From contig NC_134470.1 in the NCBI RefSeq assembly GCF_964194025.1, forward strand, positions 35,464,001-35,528,000: a stretch of DNA of 64,000 nucleotides. The letters are read 5' to 3'. This DNA is from Convolutriloba macropyga (lineage: Eukaryota). The notes beneath the pieces were generated by a model that was not told the DNA's origin, ran no database searches, and worked only from the letters and a program-made list of their open reading frames with translations. A program made the translations under genes and the position numbers. Of the stretch, positions 13,645 to 28,103 are shown one piece after another (position 1 is the stretch's first letter; each line of letters begins with the position of its first letter).

Positions 13645-15919
13645 CAACGGGCGTAATCTACAGTAGTTAACTATTGCTTCAATTTCATTTCTCATTTCAA
13701 CTATTCTGTTCTCAGACGGTGTCCTGCACAACTTAATCATTCACCTCATGCAGTTATCTATTAGTGTACAATTGGCAACGATGTGTAAGATCTCTAGAGC
13801 TATCTGAGTTGCTATAACAGTTGATTTGGTTAAAATTTTCATTGTGAGCAAACGACGTCCTTGCTTGTTAGAAGTGGTCGAAGGAGGCCCAATTTTGAAG
13901 TCTAAGCTAGCTTCCAAATTGAAACAAAAATTTTAAAGTGATCGAAAAGCAACAGTACGATACTGCTCGAATAAAATTCAGAAAACCAGATAACCTTTTA
14001 TCAGATTTTTTGAAAAATGATTTGATCCAAGGATACGATGCATCCCGTATTCAACCAGCTCGAATATGAGAATTCTATCAAGTGAACATTTGTTGATCTC
14101 AGCCTCTGTTTTTGTGAAAATGAAGCCATCAATCCAAATCAAATAAGCTTTCATAAATCATGTGTAGTTTGCTTCTAGATTAGATTGTGCTCCTGTTTTC
14201 TCAACGTTTTAAAGACATGGAAAAGAGAATTTATGCTCATAGTGGAAGGCATAAAAGTTTCACATCCCAACGATGCGGCCAAAATAGAAAGATTTGGTTT
14301 TTATGAGAGATGCTTTGATGCGATATCCACAGTGCTATGTAGGTTCTTAAAAATTGGGGTAAAAGTATCTGGGAGAAACAGTTGCTTCAATTTATTGAGT
14401 TAAATTAGTGGAATCGAAAGTTGGACCAATTGTAATTTGTGTGGATCTTTTCTGTTTATGCACCCCTCCCCCCCCCCCCCCCCCCCAAGTTTAAAGGGAG
14501 CACGTAGTTTGCAACCCGCCAAAAGCCCGTCTTATATTAACTCACAAATTTGCTATGTAACGACACATGGACTGTATTGGAATGATCCCATATATTCAAT
14601 AACTGAGGTTGCTTTTCGAAAAGATCCTTGTTTGAATTAATTCCTGCAATCTTGCAATGCCTAATTTGTAAGTAGTCTAGAAGAAAAGTACATTGCGAGC
14701 CAAATTATTGTAGCTCAATAATGCATTTAGTTATTCTGGTCTTTACCTATAAGGTAACAGAATCATCAGTGAATCAGCCAGTTATGTAATCTGTCTTGTA
14801 TTTATAGCCTTACTTCTCAACTTTGTAGATTAATTATTAGTTTGTTCTTATACCACAAGCAATTTAACGGTGCAGTGAAAGACTAATCAGTTTAAATGCC
14901 ATCTTTTCTATGTACAAATACATGCACAATTTTAATTGTAAGGTAGTGCAAAACGACATTCACAATATTACGTTTGCGAACAGTCTGATGTTACCATAGC
15001 AGCCTTAATAAGTAAATCGATTATAACCATCTCAAATTATAAGTTTTCCCAGACGTTTAAAAAGCGGTGGTATTTAAAAGAGTCTGCTGCTTTTGTTTGG
15101 TCTTCTTAAGTTTAAAATCTTGCACCACCTGAAGTGTACGCAGATTTGAAAACTCTGAACAAATGTCAATTCTTGACAGTTTGTTATCGCCTCTACGCAC
15201 TCAAACACCGTGGTATAAAAATGCAGTAATAATGAAACAAGAAGTAACCAAAAGTTTTAAAATTATATTCGACTTTTTGTAGGTTGGTAAAATAACGGAT
15301 TGAAAGAGTCGTCAATTTAATGAAACGTATTTCATCATTGATTGAAATATGAAAGATATCTAACATGCAAATGTAATAAATTAAAGATGGTTGGCGGTAG
15401 CAAAATCAAGTCTGTTTATATAGCATGGAATCATATCAGATAACTGAAACCAATAATTATATAAATTTTTATTCATAGTAGATATTCAAATTAATGTCTC
15501 ACTGACTGTCTATGTGATGTATATTTTGAAATAATTGTTTGTCTCTCTATTGCAGATGATCTGATTGTTATACGATGCATTCTAGTGTATATGTCAATGG
15601 AGTTTTAGTTTCATAATTATTATCCAATTGGATCTGATAAATCGTACAATTACTTTGTCTTGTCTTTGTTTATCTATATTGGGAGTTTTACGGAGAGGTT
15701 GTATTGCTGGCCTAAAAACAGTTTCATTTTCATTTCTGTTTTATGGGAAAATCTTGGAGCTCAAGTAGTGCAAAGCGTTAGTAAAACCGACCTTTGATAT
15801 GACCATATGACTTTTTGTTCTAAAACGGGATAAACAGATGAAAACCGGAGGACAAAGTCGATGAGCAGTTCACTTTTAGCTTTACTAGTCTTTAATGCTG
15901 AGAAGACAAAATCATTGTT

Positions 15920-18900
15920 TGAGGGGGCAGTTTAAAACTCCTTCCCGTCCCCACTTGCAGCCCCACTCCGGCCAAGTTGGTCTCGCTTTCACGCGCTCTC
16001 AAAACAATGCCTCCAATTATATAAAAAGTGCTGATAAAACCGATGTTTGTTCCGACCCACTTGGGGGAGGAAGCTACTATATGCTCAATTGGGGCTTATT
16101 TTGTTCAGTCAATTTTGGCCGATCGAGATATTCATCGGAGGGAATTGAGACGATCATTAGAAAACCCGTCCAGCGTAAAATATGAATTTTTTTATTTTTG
16201 TTTTTCCTACAGGGAGTTATCGAGGTTTAAACTTTTGTGAATAATTGACGTAATTCGTTTTTTATTCACATTTTCGGTATTTCTTGACCAAATTTTTGTC
16301 AATTTTGCTAAAGTTTGTTAAAATTTCTAACAAGAATTTTATTGATCATACCGTTAGGGGTAGCGGAGGCTTGCAGATTGGCTTTTTCGTAGTCTAATGG
16401 TTAAAATAATTGCTATTTTTTTCGAATTTCAGTCTTTTTTAATCGAAAATGGCACCAAATAAGCTTTTTTATCCCACTTTGTTTAAATATGCCAGAAATA
16501 AGGACCACAATCTGCTGTCACAGTCATTGAAAATTCCTCAAAAAGTAAGTTGCACTCTCACTTCTTGTAGTAGTCTTCTTGAATTAAAATTTTGCAGGTT
16601 TTTTGAAAAATTATCTTAATAACTGTGCAGACATCAATTTTTTGGTTTGTTGAAATATTTCATTTGCTTTATAATCTAATTTGCAAATATATAGATTAAT
16701 AACTTGTTTTTGTTGGACGCACAGCAAATGAGGACTCGTTTGAACTCATCTTGGATTCTTAAAATCTATATTTTTTCGGATTATATTTGGGCTCGGTCTT
16801 TTTCAAAATTTTTTAAGATTTTTGTTTTTTATTATGTTGATTACTGACATTAATGTTTTCAAATTAAAACCCAATTAATGACTGATCCTGTTTACAACAA
16901 AATGAGGCAAAAAACAAACATTTTGTTTTCAGAGAGCTCGTAATCTTTATGGCTTTGACTGTGTTTTCGAAAACTTTTGCTTGCTTTTGTTTTGCCTTCA
17001 TTTGTCATTGTTTGCTGCCGCATGACTTTTTTTGCTATTAACGAGAGGTCCAATTATTTTATTAGCAGCTCAGGTTGAACATATGAAATGCTTTCAGTTG
17101 GTATCTAACGCATCTTATGACTTTGAATATATTTGTTTTAAAAAATGTTAAGATTTGAATTTTGACAATTTTTTGTATTTTTTTCTGTCCACATGTAGCT
17201 TCATCTCAATGCATAAAAGGCCAGTTTTATTCCGAGTGAAGTAAAGAACGCGCGTTATAGGGATTTTATATTTAACTAATGGTTTCTTGGCTTTCTTACT
17301 ACAAAATTTCTTAGTTTTTTTCGCATATTTACCAAGATTTGATTTTAATATTTGACCTTTTTTCAAACTATCCCATTAATGGCAGCTCAGTTTGTCATCA
17401 AAAGAATGTGCAAAATGACCGTGAATGGTTTCATTGAATAGCTTATACTTGGGGGGAGTTTAAGACTCCTTCCCGTCCCCACTTGCAGCCCCACTCCGGC
17501 CAAGTTGGTCTCGCTTTCACGCGCTCTCAAAACAATGCCTCCCAATTATATAAAAAGTGCTGATAAAACCGATGTTTGTTCCGACCCACTTGGGGGAGGA
17601 AACTATATACTCAATTGGGGCTTATTTTGTTCAGTCATTTTTGGCCGATCGAGATATTCATCGGAGGGAATTGAGACTGGATCATTAGAAAACCCGTCCA
17701 GCGTAAAATATGATTTTTTTTGTTTTTCCTACAGGGAGTTATCGAGGTTTAAACTTTAGTGAATAATTGACGTAATTCGTTTTTTATTCACATTTTCGGT
17801 ATTTCTTGACCAAATTTTTGTCAATTTTGCTAAAGTTTGCTAAAATTTCCAACAAAAATTTTATTGATCATACCGTTAGGGTTAGCGGAGGCTTGCAGAT
17901 TGATTTTTTCGTAGTGTTATGGTTTAAATAATTGCTAATTTTTTTTCGAATTTCAGTCTTTTTTAATCGAAAATGGCACCAAATAAGCTTTTTTATCCCA
18001 CTTTGTTTAAATATGCCAGAAGTAAGGACCACAATCTGCTGTCACAGTCATTGAAAATTCCTCAAAAAGTAAGTTGCACTCTCACTTCTTGTAGTAGTCT
18101 TCTTGAATTAAAATTTTGCAGGTTTTTTTGAAAAATTGTCTTAATAACTGTGCAGAAAACATCAATTTTTTTGGTTTGTTGAAAAATTTCATTTGCTTTA
18201 TGATCTAATTTGCAAATATATAGATTAATAACTTGTTTTTGTTGGACGCACAGCAAATGAGGACTCGTTTGAACCCATCTTCGATTCTTAAAATCAATAT
18301 TTTTTCGGATTATATTTGGGCTCGGTCTTTTTAAAAATTTTTTAAAAGTTTTTTGTTTTTTATTATGTTGATTACTTACATTAATGTTTTCAAATTAAAA
18401 CCCATTTAATGACTGATCCTGTTTTCATTAAAATGAGGCAAAAAAAACATTTTGTTTTCAGAGAGCTCGTAATCTTTATGGCTTTGACTGTAATTTCGAA
18501 AACTTTTGCTTGCTTTTTTTTGCCTTCATTTGTCATTGTTTGCTGCTGCATGACTTTTTTGTTATTAACGAGAGGTCCAATTATTTTATTAGCAGCTCAG
18601 GTTGAACATATGAAATGCTTTCAGTTGGTATCGAACGCCTCTTATGACTTTGAATATATTTGTTTTAAAAAATGTTAAGATTTGAATTTTGACAATTTTT
18701 TGTGTTTTTCTCTGTCCATATGTAGCTTCATCTCAATGCATAAAAGGCCAGTTTTATTCCGAGTGAAGTAAAGAACGCCCTTTATAGGGGTTTTATATTT
18801 AACTAATGGTTTCTTGGCTTTCTTACTACAAAATTTCTTAAAGTTTTTTTTTGCATATTTACCAATATTTGATTTTGTTATTTGACCTTTTTTCAAACTA

Positions 18901-18979
18901 TCCCATTAATGGCAGCTCAGTTTGTCATCAAAAGAATGTGCAAAATGACCTCGTGAATGTTTTCATTGAATAGCTTATA
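15920..18979 (+). repeat. Direct tandem duplication, 2 x ~1.53 kb (15920-17447 / 17449-18979)
   Basis: Near-identical throughout by eye; paired ORFs 17148-17366 and 18675-18896 appear in the track. Confidence 0.95.
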
Positions 18980-21496
18980 GTTTTAACGGCTGCGAAAACG
19001 TCCTCTCACAAAATTGTTTTGTTTTTTCCTCTAATTGGTTGTTTTTTGTCATACGGCGTGTTCTTGAAAAACAAAGGCTTCAATTGCGTCTACGAATGTT
19101 TTATTAAATCTATTTACTGATTTCAGTCTATAGCTATCTGTTTAAATGACATTCAATAAATTATTTTTTAAGAAAGTGTATTTGAACGTCCCAATTTTTG
19201 TTCTAATTGTCGTCAGCAGGTATCTTAGCCTCATTATTAACAGTGCTCATTAACCTACTTTCGCTCCATTAGTATTTCTTTTGTTGATTTTGTTTTATGG
19301 CTGATGTCTTTAGGGCTACAATTGTGTTTTGATAAAAAAATTTGAGTTTTCGTTACAGTTAAAATATGTGGTTCCTTGTTTCTCACAAAGATCCTTTACA
19401 ACGAAGAACCATTCAATACCAAAGGAGACCAAAGCAAAAATTCGGACCTTGTTTTGGTTAATTTACTGTTTTTAGTGGTTTTCGAGGTCGTATAGTTTCG
19501 TTAAATTGTTTGACATTGTATGCTCTTTTCGTTTTTAATGTTTTTTTGTCTTATGAATAAGGTCTCGCTAACAACAAGCACAACTGGTTTCTCGAGCAGT
19601 TGCAATTTAATCTGCTTTTGTTTTAAGTCGAAAGTTTATGGTTTGTGCGATATTTTTTGAAAAAAAAATTGTTTTAAAAACATCCGCGGATATTTGTGCT
19701 GTCATTTTTATTTTAGTCCTGTCAATTTTGTAGCTTTGTGTCTGTACCGACAGCATCCGTTTTCTTTTGAACCAAAATCCAAATTTTATAGTGTTTATAA
19801 CAAAGGGTCTCTTGGCTTTGGTACTAAGCATTTTCAAAAGAAGTGATTTTTGCCCACTGAGTCACCCATGGGAGATACTAGATATCTTTAGAGTACCACA
19901 AATGGGAAACTAAAGATGTTTATTGTTCTACACGAATGGCCTGTGGTTTTTGCGGTTGCGATACCGCTTTCTTGTTAATTTTTTAAATTTTTTGCCGTTC
20001 TCTCTAGTCCTCTGACATTTTATGGACAATGAGAGGTCTCAATAGCTTCCGGTGAGATAAAATTTAACTTTCTGAATCAGCTGAATTGATACTTATTGGT
20101 TTTAATCAAATTGAAATTGTTTTTTTTTCAAATTTAGAGACTTTTTTGAATTTGCCCCTTTTTACTCTCTGTCGGTCTGTTACCCAGTCTCGTTGACAGG
20201 TCTCATATCTTATCTGATGAAGGACATGTTAGTTTGTTCGGTTCAGGTTTTATCTGATGCCGTTTTTGTTTTGTTATTAAGTGTTTTTGTTATCTTTTCC
20301 GTTTGTGCCCCCTGTACATTATGCCCCCAGTTACGAGCACGTGTCACTACATAGTAAATCATCAGGTAAAAATGTCACGTGCGTTTCGGGGCGCAATTAT
20401 TATGAACCCACTAATCTCCAGGGGGAACAAACGGAAGACATCCGTGTTTTTTATATAGACAACGAATTTTGTCCGTAATTAGTGTTTGCTATTTGATTTT
20501 CATGTTTGTGTTGTCCATTCAAACATTTTAATGGCTTTCTTTGATTTATAGTTTTAATGGCTTCAACACTGCCGTTTTTGATAACCTTATTTGTTTTTTT
20601 GTCGTTTTACGGTTCATTCACATTAATAACAACCTTGACTGGCTTCCTGAGTGGCTGCAAGTTAGTCTGTTTTTGTTTTAAGTTGAAAGGTTACGAATTG
20701 TTTGAATTTTTGAATATATTTGTTTTAAAAAATTTTGTGGATTTTTCAGATTTGTGACTTTTACTTATTTTTGTCATTTTTGTGGTTTGGTATCTGTACT
20801 TACAGGTCGCATCTTCTCTGTCATGAAACTCTTCGTTTTCAACTAATGGTTTCTTTGCTTTGGTACTACGCATTTTCATTAAATAAGTGTGATTTTTGGG
20901 TATTTGCATTTGTTTCCTTGTCGGATTATTAACTATTGTAATGGCCCAATTTGCATTGCAAAAGAGCGCAATTGAGGATATTTAATGTTCTTCATGAATA
21001 GCCTATGGTTTTAGCGGTTGCGACAACGCCTTCTTGTTAGTTTCGTTTGGTTTTATCATTTTTGTCGTTCTTTTTGTAGTAGCCGACATACTAGGGATAA
21101 TGACAGGTCATAATTGCTTCCTATGAAGTATAAATTAACCTTCTTAACGAGCAAGTAGATTGATAAGTATTGATTTTAATCAATTTGAAGTTGGTTGTTT
21201 CCAAAGTTCGGGTTTTATCTGATTCGATATTCCTTTTTTTTAAAATTTTTTGACATCAAGTTTTGGTTCTAATTAATGTTTGCTATTATTTGATTTTTTT
21301 GTCTTGTCTAGTACTCTCACTCAAGTCTCCTTGACCCTCTGATCCAGCATTTTTTCACTTAGTTGTTTGTCGAACGATATGTGAATTTTTGGAAGTTTTC
21401 TATCTTTTACTCATTTGGTAGACAATTAAGTAAAAACGTGGATGAGCGGGGTCGAAATGTTATGTGCGATCGCATTATATTAGCGAGCCTTCTTGT
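16047..21496 (+). mobile_element. Family A copy A2 (5' part tandemly duplicated; second head at 17579)
   Basis: GTTCCGACCC heads at 16049 and 17579; 3' gatgagcggggtcgaaa-atgtgcgatcgcat-cgagccttcttgt at 21441-21496. Confidence 0.65.
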
Positions 21497-22350
21497 CAAT
21501 TTTATTCCTAAAGCTACTACTTTTAATTTTTTTTATAACTCAACACTTTAAATTTTAAAAGTATGGAATTTTAATTTCTGCATCATTCAAGTCATTCATC
21601 GATGCAGGTACCAAAACAAAGTGGTACCTGATAAATTTATTAAATAAACTTTGATTTTATAAAAAGAATTAAAAAATGCAATAGTTTGACCTGAAGCTTT
21701 AGGAATAATAGGGAAACATTTCTACCAATTTGGGACACAATAGAAAACTGGTATCCAAAAACATGCTGATTTACACGAAAATAACATCATTGATTCTCCA
21801 GGTATTTTTCTAATTTTTTATTCTTAAAAATGTATTCGAGAAAAGTTTTCCGTTGCGATTATTTTTTTCCATAATTTTCATGTGAGCGATTGGTTTCAAT
21901 TGGCTTATTCTTCCTCGACTTCTTGAGTTTACAGTGATCTAAATTGCAACTTCGTTCAAGGAATTTATGCAGCTGAACTGAATTGCTGGTTTTAAATAAA
22001 AGTTAAATAAAACTGCGCCAATTTTAGATCCCCTTTCTTCAATTTATTTTTTGTATTAGTTTTTGTGTATAAAGTGCAATTTTTTCCCTTAGGATTTTGA
22101 GAGAAAATAAGTCATCCACTAGTACCCAGCTAGAACAGGTACAAGAAATCTGGTTCGCATTATTGAGCTTCTGTGTTTATTTTATTTTATAAAAACGTTG
22201 TTTGACAACAATTTTGATTAAAGCTTTCAACAGAAGTTGCAGCAGGTTGTGGTTTCTCTTAAATTGTGGGGTTCGAAGTAGCTGTCTGACCTCAGTCCGA
22301 TTGAAAAACTGAGCTACCAAAACGTACTGCGACAAGCAGGCGAAATATTA

Positions 22351-23287
22351 TTAATAACCGCGTCAGCAATTCCCGGCGGCTATTATTGCGGTCCTAATTT
22401 TTTTTACAATTCAAAGAATTTGAATTATATTGGGGAATTTGAAAGATCTGTTCGCACATTTTCATGATTTGTGAAGTCAAATTGGAGTAGTGATTTTGGT
22501 CACGCCGAAACAGGAAATGGAGGGAAAAGGCGAGTAGTTTTGCGGCGTGAAATTTTTTCGCTCTAATTTTTAAGTAGAGTGAGAAAACGGTGTTTCAGAA
22601 AGTTCGTTTTCTCGCTAGTGGTTTTTTGTTCACATGCGGCAATTTCACTTTGGTTTTTTCTGTTTTTTTTTCAATTTTTTGGATCAGATTTTTTTCTAAA
22701 TGCTTTTTTAGAATCAAATTTACATTTGTCGCTGGTGGTTTTTTGTTCTCGCGAAAGGCATTTTGACATTGATTTTCTGTTTTTTTGTTATTTTGATCTG
22801 ATTTTTTTAGAAATGGTTTTCCCAGTTCACTTATAGTCCGTTTTAGGTCCAGTTTTTTGTTTAGTCAATGAAAAATTTTTTGAATTGTACGTCAGGACTT
22901 GTCCTGCTATGTTTTTTGCTTCGTCTAACAGATTTTTGTTTCGTCTTACCCTGACTTCTTGGAATTGACTTTTTCAGTGACTTCAGTGAATTTTACTGCT
23001 TGCAGTTAAAATGTGTTCGTGACGTCAGCTCTGCGTTTAGGTCAATTGCGTGACTTACTTCACTCAAAAAATGACTTCTGAAATCACTAAATAAACTTTA
23101 ATTTTTATGGGAATTTACTAGTTAAAGATCAAAAGTGTGCATCCAAGTAGTCCCAAACGTATATGCCCTAAATCTTGAGTATTAGAGTGTGGTCAATCTG
23201 TTCATCTTATTTCTTTAGTTTTATTCAACTCATGGAAGGCCACAAGCGTCTATCGCGGCTATTTTCCGGCGATCTGCGGGCTATGTT
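22351..23287 (+). mobile_element. Family B non-autonomous Helentron/DINE-1-like element
   Basis: 5' ttAATAaCCGCG...GCGGCTATT; 3' CGCGGCTATT-tt-CCGGCgatcTGCgGG-ctatgtt. Confidence 0.7.
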
Positions 23288-24621
23288 ATTTAATCGGTAC
23301 CTCTCCAAATCCACAAATGTTTTTCAAGCAGATCGCAAAATTCCTACTTGAAATTCACAGAGAGCAATAAGGAAAAGGATACTGTACCTATCTCTTTTTC
23401 GGAACCTCATTTCTTGTGTGCCTGGAAATGGCAGCAAATATAAATTTTTTCACCGGTATTTCATTGTCATAGCAAGCTAATTAAACAACTTATTTTTCTG
23501 ACGTGTCTTCAAAACCTATCAGTCGATGCAATGCGTCTGCCTGTTTACTGCAGATAGGACAAAAGTTTACAGGCAGATCGTTTAAGATATTAATCAACTG
23601 TTTTATTTTGTTATTTTTCTCCAGATTAAATTGTAATTCAGGACTCAAGTAAGCAGAATCTTTCTCAAAACGTTAAAAAATTTTATAGAGAACCTGCGAA
23701 ATCGGGCTCTTATAAACAAAATAGCAAAACGTTGACTTTAATTCGTGCTTTTTTAAGACATCGTTAAGAATAAATACAACCGTGGCGAATACAGCTCAAC
23801 ACGTTAACTAAGAAATAATTCCAACCCCAGGAACAAATTGGCGAGAAATTTTTAAATACATGATTTCAGCTATCCTTATAAAATGTCTTTATTTATTTCC
23901 AAGTGTTTCCCATTTCCTTTGACAGTGTTTCATTTTTTTGTCTAGTGTTTCACACCTTTTTGACGGAACAAGTGTTTTCAATAATCGTAAGAATTTACAA
24001 ACATCAAAAAGAAGGTCTTTTTTCGCAGCACTCGACGTTATACGGTAGATACAAAATCTGAAGCACGCGAAAATTTTTGTATTGCTAGTATTTAGATTCT
24101 TTTGAATTATCGCGCCTTGATGGGAGCACTCGATGAAAATGTTTATCAACAAAAAATAGATCACAATTGAGACTGGAGGAACCTTTGTCACCATTATTTT
24201 TTTAAAATCTCTAAAAGTAGACAAAATGGCTCAGAAATGATTGAAGAAGGCTAAAACGCTGCAATAAATCACTTTTGAAAAAGATCAAGGAAATCTATTT
24301 GTCTAATCGCAGCAGCAATTTTAGTCGATTTTTCTGGGCGTAAAATGGCACCAAATTGGATTTAGCTGATTTGGCATCAAATTTTGTAAAGTTTGGCTCT
24401 ATTAAAACAAAATTATACCAAAATGATTTTAAAAAATATAGTTAAACTAATTTGGCGACCATTGTCAATTGATTTAAAAAATAAGGAGAATAATGCAATT
24501 GTATACATATTCAGCATAATTTTCCTAGAAGCACCGAAGAGCGCGAAGAGTCATGGGCACAACCCTGTAAACCTCGATATCCCCGTAAAATACAAAATTC
24601 ACAAAATCCTGCAAGCAAAAT

Positions 24622-27600
24622 CTTCTACTTTAGGCGGGATTCGTAATCATGACACTTTTTAAAGTAATTATATCGATTGGCCAAAATTGACTGGGCGATG
24701 AAGACCAGTTGAGCATGTAGTTTTTCCGCTCTGTGGGTCGGACGAAAATTGTCCGACGGAAGGCATCCACAATTTATATCAAACAAGGAGGCTCGGTAAT
24801 GTGCGATCGCACATAAGGTTTCGACCCGCTCATCCACAATTTTGGCATAACTTGTAATTCCCCAGAAAATATATGGGTGCAGTCTATAATAAGGCTTGGT
24901 AACAATTAGACAAAAAAAGAACAAAAACAGTAAAGTTAAAAAATTCGCTTATTTCTTAAAAAACCCTTAGTTTCAAGGTAATGAAAATCATTAGAAATCA
25001 ACTAAAATATCCCAAAGGTTAATGATTACCAATGTTTTATAGAAGGGCATTAAGACCTATCCTTATTCAATTTATGCGGTTAAAAAGAACAAAAAGACAA
25101 CAAACAAAAATTCAAATAAAACTTGCCAGAAAACGATGAAGCCGTAAAGCCATATTGTCTTCCTCAAAATGTGTTCCATTGTGCCTTCTTTGAACACTGA
25201 TAATTTAGTTTGTGAGCTCTAATTAATGAGAATAGGTTCCAAGTAGACAGAAAAGAAAAGGCAAAATTACTTAATACTTTTTTTTCTAAACAAAATTACT
25301 TCCAGTCGTGAAAGCCATAAATTAGAAAATAAAATAAGGAAATAGGTCCGTTTATTCGTCCAAAGAAAGCTCTTGCGACCTGCAATTATGAAGAATATGT
25401 TTTACATCTAAAAAAATTTCAAAATTGACAAAAACCAAAAATTTTTTTGGCGAATAAACCCGTGTCGAAGCCAGTAAAGCCATGACGAATTGTTTAAAAA
25501 CGTTAGATTTTATGACGCCAATCCCTTTTGACACCTTCTTTTGACACCAATAACATTTTTTATCTGTAATTAACGACACTAGGTAACAAATAGACAATAA
25601 AAAAAACAAAATTCCGAAGTTAAAAATTTTTTTTGGAAAACAATCGTCTTCGAAGTCATGAAAGCCATCAGCTATCTACTAATATCAGAATACCGGATCA
25701 TCTATTCTTCCATGAAAATTTTCTACGTTTGGCGGGACTCGTAATGATGACACTTTGTAAAGTGATTATATCGATTGGCCAAAATTGACTGGGCGATGAA
25801 GATCAGTTGAGCATGTAGTTTTTCCGCACTGTGTGTCAGACGAAAATTGTCCGATGGAAGGCATCCACATTTTATATTAAACAAAGAGGCTCGATTTTTG
25901 TGTGATCGCACATAAGTATCCGACCGCGCTCATCCACAATTTTGGCATAATTGTCTACCAAATTGGGAACAGATAGAAAAACCCAAAAATTCAGTATTTA
26001 AAACCCAATCTCAAAGTATTTAAAAAAATAATGTATGAACGAAATGATAGCCTCCAAGGCAAATAACGCAGTGAAGTGAAACATGTTCCACTAGATTGAT
26101 GAGATATGCCAATATTAAGAAAGTGAGTTAAGACCAGCAGCAGAATCAAACCAACAACAAATATTAGTTACATCAAAAACTTTATGTCCGTTTTACAAAA
26201 CAAAACTTAATGACAAGGTCAACATAGCGTCAAACAAAATTGAAACTAAACAAAAATAATTGTAATTCCCCAGAAAAGATATGGGTCAAGTCTATATTAA
26301 GGCTTGGTAACAATAAGACAAAAAAGAACAAAAACAGTAAAGTTAAAAAATTCGCTTATTTCTTTCTGAAGATCATTAGTGTAATGAAGTAATGAAGTAA
26401 TGAAAATCATTAGAAATCAACTAAATATCCCATTGGTTAACGATTACCAATGCTTCTATAGAAGGGCATTAAGACCTGTCCTTATTCAATTTGGTATGCG
26501 GTAAAACAACAAGAAAAAGACAACAAACGAAAATTCAAATAAAACTTGCCAGAAAACGATGACGAAGCCAAGCCGTAAAGCCATATTTTTGCCCTCAAAA
26601 TATGTTCCTTTGTGCCTTCTTTGAACACTAATAATTTAGTATGTGAGCTGTAATTAATGAGGCTAGGTTGCAAGTAGACAGAAAAGAAAAGGCAAAATTA
26701 ATGAATACTTTTTTTTCGAAACAAAATTACTTCAAGTCGTGAAAGCCAATAATTAGGAAATAAAATAAGGAAATAGGTCCGTTTATTCGTCCAAAGGAAG
26801 CCCTTGCAACCTGCAATTATCCAGAATGTCTTTTCTTCAATGAAAAGCCAATGAAACCTGTCATTGTACAGGTAATTGAATAAGACTGAAGCGACAACGT
26901 AAAAACGACAGTTAAAATCAATTTAAAATTTCTAAATTCTTCAAGAAAGTATTGTCGAAAAGTAGTGTTGTAGAAATGTGACAAATCTAAAAAAACGTGA
27001 AAAATTTGCAAATACCTAAACATAAAAAGTGTGAAATCTATTAGTATCAAAGCCAGAAAACCATAACTTAAGGCGTAAAACCGCAATAGAGATTAAATTT
27101 TAAATCAGTAGAAAGACGAAGCATTCTTTCTTTGCTGACACTTAGCTAAAAATTGACCAAGTTAAGAAAGAAAATAGAGGCAAAATTCAATTGCCATTAT
27201 TTAAAAATCAAAAGTGAAAAGGACCATAAGATTTCAAGTATAAAATTAGATGCATTAATTTGGAGCTAGCGAATTGGAGCTATCAATACTGAGCTTTGAT
27301 TTGAAACGTTCTGTTCTTAAGCTAATATAAAAAAGATCGATTTTTTTCAAAAAGACCGACTGACTACAATCCGAATTCTTTTTGGATTGTAACAGGCCCA
27401 GATTGGTCCAAAACTAGCCCTGCTAATGCTATTCGTCCATTAGAAGCATTGAAATTTTCGAATGTAATAGATGTAGATAATTTGATAGTTAAAAAATCAA
27501 AAATAAATTCTGCGTTTTTGATTATCAACGAGTAAAGTTAGCAAAAAACGGCAAAGTTTTTATTACAGAGCACTCTCAACGGAAATTGAAGTAGGAATAG

Positions 27601-28103
27601 CCTTTTTTGAGTCTACAAAGATTGTGTTAGTGGTGTTAGGGTGTGTACTTCCAGCAAATTTAATCAAAGTTAACTAAAGACAGTACTTTTGTGCAATTTT
27701 TGATGAAAAAGACTGAATTTTGGAGTATTTAGCCGAAATTTTTGACCGAAAATGTAAATAAATTTATTCGACAATTGTTTTTGTCTTTAAAAATTAAATC
27801 AACAACACTATTCTTCAAAATTTTAACAAGTTTTAGCAAAATTGACGAAGTTTAGGCAAAAATTCCGGAGAATGTGAATTAAAACAAGAGAATTCACTCT
27901 ACTTTTCTCAGAAGTTTAAACCTCGATAACTCCCTTTAAAAACGAAAATAAAAAATCTTTATAATTTCATATTTGACGCTGGACAAGCTTTCTAATGATA
28001 CCTGTCTCAACTCTCTACGATGATTATATCGATCGGCCAAAATTGTCTGAACAAAAAACCCCTTTGAGTATATAGTTCCTACCCCCTCAAGAGGGGTCGG
28101 AAC
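24622..28103 (-). mobile_element. Cluster of family A copies on the minus strand, head to tail
   Basis: Reverse-complement heads end near 28103, 25843 and 24745; reverse-complement tails lie at ~25880-25935 and ~24782-24835. Base skew flips to A-rich here. Confidence 0.6.

Noticed and set aside
21605-21630. 9-bp palindrome caggtacca...tggtacctg
   Set aside because: Isolated, with no context or recurrence.
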